Made by a program: the position numbers and the translations under genes. Positions 41,172 to 53,700 of a stretch of DNA of 64,000 nt are shown in pieces. This stretch comes from Phoronis australis (Eukaryota > Animalia > Phoronida). The number at the start of each line of letters is the position of its first letter. Within the stretch, counting starts at the first letter, position 1. Location of the stretch: NCBI GenBank assembly GCA_002633005.1, contig NMRA01000029.1, positions 1,280,691 to 1,344,690 on the forward strand, written 5' to 3'. The notes beneath the pieces are model-generated. The model was not told the origin of the DNA. It ran no database searches and saw nothing but the letters and a program-made list of their open reading frames with translations.

Positions 41172-44100
41172 TTACATGTGCGTGTCCTGATGTGCCAACA
41201 AGACTTGCTTTTGACGTCGGAACCTGAGAGGTCTCTTAAGAAATGCCGTTACAAATAACATCACGATTATTGTCTTTGCTGGTTGCAGACAACATACATT
41301 AAAAACTAATCCAACCAGAAATGCTACAAGCCAATTCAAACTCCGTTGGTAACCATATTGTAAACCGTACAAAATAATAATAAATGATGAGCCTAAACAC
41401 ACAACGGCGAGGAGAAACCACGCGATTATAACAATCCACCAAGGCAGAACACAACAATCTTTATCCTGCTTCTTTAAATCGTAGGTAATATCTGGAGAGA
41501 TGTCTTTTTGGGATGCGATAGATTTGTGTGTACTATCATCACTTTGTCCTCTGTCAGAATTTTCCGTTGCGTGGATTCTATTTTTGCTTTTTGCCTCGAC
41601 ACAGTGAGTACTGTCGGTTACGTTATCATTACAAAAAACGACACCCGTCGTCCCTGTAGTTCGTTGTATCAGGGATTCTTGTCTTTCAATGCTGAAAGTA
41701 TGTGACCCCAAATCTTCTGTCAAAACCTCAGAACTTTCAACCTCAATCCCATCTCTAATTGTGCAAACAGACGCGACTTTGTTTTCCTCACACACGGGTT
41801 CGTCCAGAATGTGCGTACAGCTCAGTTCTTCCAACTGTCTCGTTATGTTTGCCTTTAACCTGGGTTTCGCAAATCGAAACAAAGACACAATCGCCACCTC
41901 GAAAGGTAACACCATTATACACGAGTTAATCCCAAACAATATCATAGCCCAGTTGCTTACTTGCTTATCCACCGATTCGATGTGTGTTGACTCGGCCTCT
42001 ATTTCAAAGCATGCAATGTCAACGAGCATCGTCGTCAACAAAACCATGCAAGCGCAAGATAACCGCTGAACGCAAGTGAACTGGCTTTCCACTGGCCTCC
42101 CAAGAATGCTATACCACAAGTGCTCGTCGTGGATTTCACGTTTCATTTCGATGATGTAATTATTTTTAAATGATGTCATTTCTTTATGCGTCGCTGCCGT
42201 AAGCTCGCGAATGTTCTTTCGGTTGCCTCTATCAGTTGACAGCCAGTCGTTGCAAATGAAATACCACGAATCTTTGTTGTGTACGTCTAGCACGCAGATG
42301 CCATGCAAATACCAAGCTGATTTTCCTTCAGGATTGTCCTGCCAAATGCGTACCTTTTTCAGCGTCCCTAGACATGTCTGTGTAGCTAAAACGAACGCAT
42401 GCTCCGTGCCTCGGACCAGTTTGGTATTGCTGGTTAAAAGGTGGGACAAGCTCACACCCTTGCTCCCTATCAAAGAGATGTAGATGTTTGGTGTAGTCGT
42501 GGAATTTCGTTGCCATCCGGGGAGGACGATAGTCACGTAGAAATGACTGTAGTCGGTTTCATTGTCTTCAAGATAAACGGTTGTGTTTATTCGTTCGCAG
42601 TTCCTGTCATTACGCCAAGCGAAAGGCAGAACGAGAAGGTACAGGAACCACACAACAGACACGACGACAACAACGACAGTGTTGTCTTTAACAGTACTGA
42701 ACAGTAGTTGAATTCTTTTAAAATACAACGGGTTAGGCAAATTAAAACAACCGGCTGCTACTGCAGTCAGATGATTACACTTGCAGACTAGAGTGCTCGA
42801 AGAAGTTTCCCGCGACGGCCAGCAACCGTAGTTTGACCACATGTCTTCTTTAATGTCAAAGTACTGACATTTAATTGTTTGTGCTGTATATTTAATTTCT
42901 ACAGAGGTTGCATTGGAATGTTTGCCATATAAGCAACGACTATTATTTTTGCCTAGTGACAGTATTAGTTCTACAGAAAAAGAATAAAGCAGGTGTTCAG
43001 AAAATGCTGTATCTTTGTCAGCATTCAGTTGCAGCCAAACCGTCCAATTGTTCGATGACGAAATATTTTCATTGAAGAGTGGTGCGTATTCCGTGCCGTC
43101 TTTAATCACTTGTCTCGCAATGCAACTAATTTTCAGGTCAAGATCTTGTGCATTTAGAAACTGGATCCTGACAGCATCAAATCTGCTGACAGTGAATGTA
43201 TTGGTCAGTGTTGGATAAGCTGGCGATCCGCATAAAGAGTGAATATAATGGTCAACAGAGGACACCTCGTCAGACTCTAACACACGTATATTATAAAGGA
43301 AGAGAGCAACGGGTTTATGCCGGTTAGAATTCACTTCTAAGACTCGATCGGTTTCCAATGTTCGGTATTCGACTGACATCACAGGCGTAGTAACATTTTC
43401 AGAACCTTTCGACCAATGATAAGGGTTTTTGCGAATCCAAACTGATTTTGTGAGGATATCAAGCTCGCCTGCCTCGGGTCCAGCACGAATTGCATTTCCA
43501 TCGACTAACTGAAGAGATCCGTGTTGAAAAGTAACCAAACTTCCTAGAGAACCAGTCTTTTTCAAAACTATATTTATTTCCACATTATCTGCCGTTATCT
43601 GCGTGGCTTCCTCTCCGGAAATCTTGGTCCTTGCAATACCAGATGCAATAACGTCTATTATATCTGTAGCAATTCTCACGATGGATTTGTCATACATTTT
43701 TCGATTTTGACCGACGACTTCAAAAGAAGATAGCATTATGTCACTAGTCACGTTTAGAGCCTGTTTGTATGTTTCATATTCAATGTCAGCTGTCTTGACG
43801 TCGTTGCTTTTCAGGGTTTTGTTCAGCAAATTAAGCGCAGTTCTCGCTGCATTCTCGGTCTTTGTGTACTCCTTGTTTAAGGATGCCAGAGCAAATAAGG
43901 CTCGACCGCCCTTCACGACAGACGACGGAAGTTTGTCTAACCCAACTAGAAGTTCGTAACGAGCTTGTTCAAATTCACTATCTTCGTCATTTGTTTCGTC
44001 TATAAAACTAACAAGATGATTAATTAAATGTAGCGCTTCCTTAAACCTTCCGTACTTAAAATGTGTCTTCAACGGGCCGTCCACTGTGAGATGTTTAACA

Positions 44101-44722
44101 TACTCTCGAACACTGACGCCATACTGAATTTCCGGAAAGTTAAATTGCTTAGACAACACAGATCCAAACATGTCTACAGCGCCTACACGAATATAGTTGC
44201 CATTGCACTTTATCTTTGAAAATTGTCCTTGGAAAATAGCATTATGGGACTGTCCTAGAAACAAGGTATACGCATTCTTGCAAACAACGGAATAAAACTT
44301 GTAGTAGGCAACACTTCCGTTGAAATTCCAACCAAAACCGGAGCAATTGATCGAAAATTGAATAAAGTATTCTAGGTGCTCTTCTTTGTGAATGTCGCAA
44401 TTTCCTTTAACCGGTCCATAGTTCTTGACGGCAATTGTAACGTTACCGCCAGCATTGGCCGAGACAATGGCAGCCGTTATAACATAATCAGTTTCTGGTT
44501 TCAACGAACTACCATCGACTTCGAAGATATTCATTTCCTTTCCTGAAGTACTGAACACCACTCCTGTCGTGCCCAAACGTTTGTTAGATATTTTCCATTC
44601 GAAAACTAGTGGCGTAATATGACTACAGTGGACACAGGTAGCTTCAAGCTTGAACTTGCCATCAGCACGAGAGTATCGTCTTCCTTCGCCAACACAGTTC
44701 CTCCGACAAACAATCTTAACAC
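41172..44722 (-). CDS. Gene B terminal exon: REJ, GAIN/GPS, TM1, PLAT/LH2, TM2-TM5
   Basis: ttctcag|GT acceptor; the frame stays open upstream of the listed ORF (GVKIVCRRNC...LEATCVHC, homologous to gene A VEVICVRNC...LVASCNNC). GPS CQYFD...WSNYGC...CKCNHLT, PLAT VRIWQDN..WYL..WYFICNDWL, HLWYS..RP..QFTCVQRLSC, LPWW and QPAK are present. Confidence 0.95.
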
Positions 44723-47700
44723 CTGAGAACCAGAAACGTGACAGCAGTTACGAGAAGAGAAATCATATGTCTCCAAAGGTCAATGAAAATATATTTCAAG
44801 TTTTTAACAGCCACTGCAGCCAGTAAACACTTTGCATAATAATTAAAGGTACCAGTCCGTGTCAGTAAAATAAAATGCACGACATGTTATTCACAGGTGG
44901 TTAATTTGTATACATGGGCTCCACCTTCAAAAGTTGGCGTGAGTTCATGTTGGTAAATTTCCACTCTTCACACGACACGAAGTATGTCCTTTCATCATAA
45001 ATCCCAACTTTTCTTGAAACTAACGTTATGAAAACTATATGCTACAAGGGCGTTTTACGACGCTTATTGTCGCACTCGGCACATGCAGCATTGTCCCCCG
45101 AGCGACAATAGTTGCCTGGTGCGGCAATCTATGCCGCCATCAACCACATTCATTGTCTCACGAGAGACATTTTCTTCGAGTGCGTCAGCTAGCAACCATT
45201 CAACAATCAGCTGACGGCGTGCAATCACCTCTGTTGTTCGACAAAATCTATGCAACATGCACTTCCGACTGAGTGGGCGAAGTACTACTTACAGCTAGGC
45301 TATATCTAGACTTGCGTTGTCCAAGTATGAAGCGGTTTTATTCAAACTGCTAATTTATTTCCAATCACGCAGGACTTTAATCAGGAAGTCAATAAGTGAG
45401 ATGTTAATGTTAAGCACAATAGGCGAAAGCAGTAATGTACACTAATGCTAACTTGTTTTGATCCCACGTTGGAGAGTAGTTACAAGGATTCCCTCGCTAG
45501 TAACTTCATCAAATCCTTTCTTCATTGTTGTGACCGATATTGTGTACTCGCTATTGGGTAGAAGGTCTTTACAGCGTGCCCACAAACTGGCAGTGAAGTA
45601 ATCTTTCTTGTTTCTCGTATTTACACAGGTTAACCTGTATCTGTCAACGTTTCCGTCGGCACGAGACCATGAAACCTTAATGGAATCGGACCTGATTTCC
45701 TTCACGGTGATGTCTTTCACTTTGGCAAGACCTGAAAGTGAGTTAGCGTGGCCATTGGAAATACTGGGAGACTGGTTACTTACTCAGGCCCTGGTATGTA
45801 GATAAATACCCTACATGTACATCATGAAATGCATACTCTCGCCACTTATATCTCTGCCAACACTTGAACATGAAAAAGCGAGACATCTGGACCTAGCACG
45901 CATCGGAAGAAATAAACAAACATCCGCCGTAATTCCCCCAAAACACACCGAAGGCGTTCTTGTATGGCACCTGTGAAATGAAACGATGAAAGGGAGAAAT
46001 GTGTAGAAAAGCTTAAAAAACATGTGATAATACGTCGATCATGCCGCGAAAGTTTAAAAGAGTAGGCAACGTTTTTCATATCATTTTTAGTTAAAATAAG
46101 GTTCAATGATTATCCCAGACATATTTTTCATTTAATTACAGATTTTCGTACTTCAATTAGTTACTCGTCCTCTACTCTGGAAGTGATGTTTTGGGATGCA
46201 AGAATTTTGTTCTGCGTTGAGTTTACTGTGAGCATACGTACTACTTTTCTTTTCGTGCTGTTTCTGTAAGATTGTCGACACCACTTCCCATCGACGAGTA
46301 TTCTATGAAAACCTAAATTGTTAGAGAACTCAATTACGTTAGATTTACCGATTGTGTAGTTTGTAGTAACCTGAAAATGGCTGGAGTCGTTGACCGTAAA
46401 GAGGTGACTGATGGAGACATTGTTCATAGCAGTGGTGACAAGGATTTTTTCACAGACAGTCAGTGGGTAGGTATATGCTTGAGCCCTAGTATAATGAGGC
46501 AGAATACGCACAGGCACAGAAAGCTGTTGAGAGGAATGAGGCAGGTACTGAGGACAGGCGTGGTGGGACGTCATCGTGCAAACACACGGTGTGCACTGTT
46601 ATATTGACCTCAAAACTGCTTAAATCCCGCCGTGTGACTCCTTCGCCACACACCTGACACCTTCTAAATAGCTCCTTTACTTTAGACTAGTCCACAATAA
46701 ACTTATCAAAGTTTGGCGCCTCGATCTGTCCTCTTCACTGGGTGTCGAACTGGGCCTGTATTCACTCATACTACTCAACATCGCTACAGGACTACCTACA
46801 GGCACTGGGCTAGAGACAACAGCACGGAGCGAATCACTGCTAGTTCCCAGAATTGCAGGCTCTATACCTTCGGAGTCACGGGTGACAGTAGAAGAAGTGC
46901 CTCTAGTCGCTTTAGTGGCCACAGCTCGCGAGGCATCTCCCTACACAAACGCACTTCTCGAGGGTGGCGTCAGGGCACTGCCGCAAATGAAGAGCGACGG
47001 TATGGCACCCGTTGTTTCGCAAGGATCTTCATCAATTCAGCGTACATATCTCTCTCGTAATCTGGCGGCACACACTCGGTAACCTTCAACTGCTTAGCAC
47101 GTTACGTGGACGGGTAACGCTGCGTTCTTCACATGAACAAGCCAAGTACGGCGAAGTATGTCATCCTTCGGAAAGCGATGTAAAGGTACTCCTAAAGCGC
47201 GTGAGACGATAATGAGTACATCCCGGAACGCAACAACAGTAACACATGTTGACTGACTCGTAAACAAAAGCATACGACTACCGAACTTATCACAACCGAG
47301 GTAGAACAATGACTGACTTTACAGCTCTCACAGTCAGACTATATGAAAAGAAATTGTCGCGAAATTCTTGCCTCCCAAAACGTCACTTCCGGAGTAGAGG
47401 ACGAGTAATTAATTTAATTACTAAAAGCTGTAATTAAGTGAAAATGACGCCTGGAAAATTCAACGAGCCTAATTTTTCGCTAAAAATGATATGAAAAAGG
47501 TTGCGTTCGCTTTAAAATGATTGGGCCATCGCATGCAGTGGCGAGACGCCGACCAGAGCTTCTTCAAGCGGTGAGAACGGGCCTGCCAATAGCAATTAGA
47601 CAGTTTTCAAGTACAAGACACACTTGGTAGCATTGGGAGTAACAATTTTGTTGACTGTTTTTGACAGCTGTGAGCAGATTATTACGATCAATTAGACGTA

Positions 47701-50700
47701 CAGCAGAGAAGCCCAGACCAAAAGGACGAAATGACTTAATCAGAGTGACCAATACTTACACTTTTCTTCGAAAAGAAACAAAATAAAATGAGCTGAATGA
47801 TGTTGTTGAAAAATTTACCCGTGAATAATTGATAATACATACACCGCTATAAAATGCAATTATCTCTCTGTCACGTACCGAGTCAAAACGTGTGTAGTCT
47901 TAACCGCCAACGGACGATTTTTAACATGTGTTTAAGTAAATTGTACAGTTAATAAGATTTATTTTATCTTGAGCCTCCCGATTTTTCATTCAAAATTATT
48001 ATTCGAGCTCGTTGAGGACTATTCTACGAGCGTAGACTAGAAACTCGTATGTATAAACCATAAAGTAGTCGAGTACAGAATAACAGACATGATACTCGGT
48101 TCGCAGCCTAGCTATGGTATTTGAATTAAGCCGCATTATGCACAAGGCTTAATTAGTATTCTTTGTAGCAGCTTCCACATAATGTCTCACACCTCAGATT
48201 TGTGGATTGTCATTGTACATAAAAATTACGACTGTTTTACCCACAAAGTGAATGCCATTTTTATCTACCTCTCTACATGTACATTTAAGTTTTCTATTCC
48301 TTTACCTGTTTTGACATCAATCTCCATTTTTATCGGCTGGAAATGCTCATGGATTGTATAAACTGCGATCGTGTAGACACTGCCCGAATCAAGTTGCTCA
48401 CAGTTTGCACGGGTGGCTAATGGGCCTAAAACCACATTTCCTTTGGGGCACAAAACCTCCAAACCCTCTCCAATTGCGTTTTCGGGTAAGCTCCAACTCA
48501 GTACAACCGAATCTTTCAAGATGTCGGAATCCAGGTTAAAAACAGCTTTCAGACCTACAAGTTCATACGATCTTTTCTTTAGGTGGACGTCCTTTTATTA
48601 ATGGGTTTCCTACTAGTTTTTAGTCTATTGTTCTATATCTACATGTACCATTGCAGGAAGGGACTTAGATTGCCGCAAGACTGGCCTGTGTTGTGTATAT
48701 TGCGTATTGTTCAGTGATGCATCCACGCCACTCCAATAAAAATAAATTTATTATTATACAAATGTTCTCACGTAGTGTGCTTTCACGAAACAATGAGTTA
48801 GATTTCGAAGTCATAAGGATTCTCCAGCTATAAGGAGCGTGACTCAGCAAACTATTTAACTAATAGTCTCACCCTGACATTTTGGAACACTGCACAATAC
48901 TCTTTCGTCACTGCCTTCTGGGAAGCACCAAACCCCATTGACCACGGTATCATTGCGGAGTACCTGAGGATTGCGGCAGGAATTTTCACTGACTTTCGTT
49001 GCAATTACCTTCATGTACAAGTTGGCACTGTGCAATGTTTTCCACGGACGACACATGCGGCCGTCTTTTACGCGGTTCACGTGGCCGGTGTAGTAGCCGT
49101 CCAACGGTCCCCAGCATTTGGTAAAATCCGCTAAAACGAAAAGGTTGCGAACAAATAAATTAAGTGATTATAATTTCAGAAACTGGCAATGATATACGCT
49201 CCTTTGAATTTACTTAGGCACCTGAACAAAGAAATAAATAACCCACAGTGCAAAAGTTCCATCGGACACATTTTGACAAAATGTAATAGGTTACTGTTTG
49301 CAAAACTTAGAAGTTTATATTTTCAAGACGGTCATGTCAAAACCAATAACTACTTCTGTGGTACTATGGGATCCATTACATAGTTGGACAGGAAATTGGT
49401 GAAATATTCCAAAAAAGAATTGTTTGGCATTTCTTTCGCACAGTAAAGCCCCCCCCCCAGTCGTTGACAATGGCGCTGCTGTTTTTTGACAAGTAAGAAG
49501 ATTCACAAAGTGTGTTCCTAGTAAATATGCAGATGCATCATCTTCAGGAGGTTGGCAAGGATCCCAGCTAGGAAAACAGCGCTCATATTGTGGGCTTTCG
49601 CGTTTAACTCGCAATTCAACGTCAAATCAAGCACCGAAAACAACTAAAGGTTGACCTTTCATTTACAACGTAAGTCAGGGGTTACATTTGGAAGTCTGAT
49701 TGGGAACCTGGATAAAGGATTGCCGTACTAACCATGCACGCACTTCCCCTTTAATATGGGGAGGGGGGGCTCGAATTTCCGACTATGTGGACATTTTACC
49801 GACAAAAAAGCCGGACCAAGGAAAAAACGGGGTACCACGTCCAGAGCTGTGAAATGTGAGTTTGTGCCTTTTTAGTGGACTTTTTGTCTCATTTTCATGG
49901 TACATTTGTTTCTCTGAGGCGGACCTTTCTGTCCCCCATATGGGGGGGGGCTCGTTCGAGCACCCGAGCCCCCCCCCCCTGGGTGCGAGCATGCTAACTA
50001 CGAGTCCGTTTTTGTTTAACGTTTGACAGGCCTACAAAGGCCGTGTAGGCAAAACGTTTAAATTTGTCAAAATCAAAAGTTTGGTTAGATCACAATGTCC
50101 ACACCGAATACTCCAGATCCTGTTGTAGCTAAGTGGAGATGTTGTTCCTTTAAAAAAATCTTAAACCACGGGATTGCCCATGCAGTGACTCAATTTGTTT
50201 GTCTCGGAATCGACAGTCATGTAATCCATGTTAATCAATGGCTCAAAGTGGTTACTAAATCCAAGGATTACTGATGACCTTATGAACATTGTATTACAAG
50301 AGTACGTTTTGCTACGATTGCAACGGACCGGGCAGTCGTGATACATCTAGACAATCACTGGGCGCGGTGGTTCCTGTTACAATTTTGTACTCGACCTCAC
50401 ATCGATCGAGGTTTACAGAAAGCCGATTTGTTAGACATCCAATATATTTGCGTGAGTATAAAGGTCTTTCCTAAAGACAACTGAATTCTCCAAAAACTAG
50501 AGTGAAGGGTGGTCAGCAAAATAGTACATGATGCCCACTTTCGGTTTTCTCCGTGAGGTTTTATTAGAGAGGAGACAAAGAGGTTTCTTGGAAGAAAACG
50601 TATATTCTTAACAACGAAATAATACTCATGTTGTGACATTCGGTTAAAACTCTGGGCATATAGCAATATCTATACTTAGCCAAGGAAACACAGAAGAGAC

Positions 50701-53700
50701 ATACAGCTTACGCCATTTACAAGCTGTAATAAACACAAAACAGCAACTGCAGAAGTCAAAAGTCTCTAGAGCATAACAAGCGCTTAATACTACAAACAAC
50801 TTAACTAATAATTGGCATGCGCCAATCTACGAGAGGAGTCAATGATACTCAGTCAGCATAAGTATTTGTTTCTTGATACTCTACCAAATCTTGTCTGCTT
50901 CGACATCACGGGATCGCCAGCTTTTATCACACTCTCTCCTGCAGTTGCATTACAAGAATCCTTATCTGGAATTTATTTCTTTTGCAATCTGTTACGTCGC
51001 ACAGTTAGAGCAGGAGTAGACACTAACTACAAGCGATTATGCACTTGGCGCTGAACTGTACCGTATTTCTGGCAATCAGGAATAAAAGCAGACTGTCCTG
51101 GAGTCAGTTCCGATAGTTTGCGAACACGGTGACGTTTGTTAAAATCTTATTTCATTTTCAAACGCTGGCTCTCCGTACAACGAATTGATTGCGAGTCCGG
51201 TAATTCCCAGTAAATATTATACATTGTAACACTAGGCCAGCACCAGGCAGGTACCAACACATGATTCCAAACCGGTATCGGCACAAATTATTTGCACTGG
51301 TACGGTGCTGTAACCGGCACCAACCCAGCACCAGACCAGCACCTGCTAAAAAGTAACGGCCCCTTGCCGGTGCAAGTCAGGTGCCAGCTCCAGCAATGAT
51401 AAGTCTCGATGATGTGTTAAACATAAATGTCAAAACTGAAAATTAAAATAAAAGCAAGCATTCATGGTCAATCTTTTATTGAAATGGGAAGTACTTATAT
51501 GTTCCTCACGTGGTCATGCAACTTCTTTAAGGTAACTGCTTTGAAATACCTCCAACACACTAGTAGAGAAACAAGTAAGTAAACCTGCACTCTGAACTTG
51601 CTTTGTTTTCGTTGGAAATCCCGCAGAAATTTCATGGTTCACAAATTGTTGCTCAAACAATGCATAGTATTTTTCACTTCGACTATCACTGAATCCGGGA
51701 TGCTGTATACCATAGTTTTATGGTAAAACAGCACACAATTCTTAACACCATATTATGTACGTGGGTTTCAACTAGAGAAGAGACAAAGACGTATCATTGC
51801 AGGAAACATATATTCTAATAAGGAACTAGTATAGTTCGGTAGCAGTCATTCGTTAACACCAATTTTGTTGAAAAAACGACTAATTTAACTTTTTGTTTGA
51901 AAGCTTGATTCGCAGTCGCTTGTAGTGTTGAAGCAATCTCCTGTCTTCAGGTGTGCAGCTATGCAACAAAACACCGAACTAAAAGAGCACTTGTGGCAAT
52001 CGGTTGCAGCACTGGACTTACAGCGCCATCTATGCTTAGCTATGAAATACGGAATAGACATACAACACACTGGTAAAAACAGACCGCTACACCAATACCA
52101 TAATCCGTACCTTTATGCGTCAGTTATACCGGTGTTCTACTTAATATTTTACTCAAAAATAATTCAACAACCTTGACCTCGTTTGTCCTGGCAAATGTTA
52201 CTGAAAATGGCGGTACGCTCATAAGACAACAGCGTTCGAAGAAAACGGAACAAAATTAAGTTCGTATAGACGTATTAGGATTTTGACGGTAACACTACAT
52301 GTAACTATGCCGCTATTGTCACTGGCTGGCGTGCCATACGACGAACTTGAACACAAAAAACGTATATCCAAGCTGGATCTGGGTCTACCGTCGAGTCGGA
52401 TGCGGAAGCAGTCCTCCAATAAAGCTGAGTAGGGTATCTGTCTGTGGAAGTACTGTCTTGTTATTTCCGAGATGGTTGTGTGAGTGTCCCTTTCGAGGTA
52501 GATACGAGTGGCTGTGGTACTGCCCCAACATAGCTCACTGGTATGGATGGTGTCAGCTCCAAATTATTGAAACTAGCTCATGACGAGCTGACAACACCTA
52601 TCTCTTAAACCAGAGCATTAAAACTTCCAAGTTCCCTAGTTTGTGGAAACTTGCAAATGTATCTCCTTTACACAAAGGCTGTGCTACTGAAAATGTAAAC
52701 AATTACAGGCCAATTTCAATTTTGCCGGTCTTACATGTATCTAAATTGTTAGAGAAGCATGTTCACAATACCCTGTCTTCCCTTTCGACTGAGCATGAGT
52801 CAGTAGTTGCCTCTCAGTCTGGTTTCAGAAGTGACCACTACTGTGAAACTGCCCTCATTAATGTTAACGGCTGGGGTCAGGCTGTGGATAGCAGTCACAA
52901 TGTTGGTGTAGTATTTTTGGAATTTAAAAAAGCTTTTGATCTTGTTGGTCACAATATACTTTTAAGCAAAATGTTAATTCACAAGATAGGCAAGGTTTCG
53001 CTAGACGGATTTCAATGATATCTGTCAGAGAGGTGCCAGGTTGTAGGCCTATCCCTTGGTGGACATCTGTCTGAAACCCAAGGTATCACACATGGTGTCT
53101 CTCTTGGACCTCTGTTATTTCTATAAATGATCTCTCTTTAGTCTGCGAAAACAGGGTTGACATGTATGCAGATGATACTAATTTGTCCGTTGTGGCAAAC
53201 TCGCTGATCGCTGTAAGGAACAGACTCCAGTCTGATTTGGATAAAGTTGCTACCTGGTGTGATGATAACAAAATGGTAATTAATGCTGAAAAAACAAAAT
53301 GCACGAGTATTGCCTCAGAGCTACGTCATGATAGAAGTTACCTTGAACTTAATCTTACTATTTCGGATGTACAGCTCAAACAGGATGACAGTGAAAAGTT
53401 ATTGAGTGTTACTGTAGACAAGACCATCAGTTGATCTAGCCCTGTTACTGGGACTCTGTCCGAAATTAGACAGCGTCTTTGTCTTCTCAACATTTCTTCC
53501 CACAGAAGGGCGTCTCCAATATTTCAGCGCTTGTATATTGCCTCTGTTCCTTTATTGTAGTACAGTGAGATCAGGATGTAATGCAAAACTGGTTTCCTCT
53601 CTATTGAAGGCTCAGAAGGAGGCGGCCAGACTTGTTCTTTGTGTACCTTTTGGCACTCCATCAATTCAAAAGTTTAACAGACTGGGGTGGCTTCCATTCA

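Noticed and set aside
46161-46574. 137-aa minus-strand ORF with an AG acceptor at 46370 as a possible gene B exon
   Set aside because: It is open only in phase 0, has no recognisable domain, and runs into the TIR of the THAP element.
51236-51395. Recurrent gcacca(g) words; similar short repeat clusters at 9290-9420 and 54370-54535 considered as CRISPR-like
   Set aside because: No regular repeat-spacer periodicity, no cas genes and a eukaryotic context. They are more likely MITE or minisatellite remnants.
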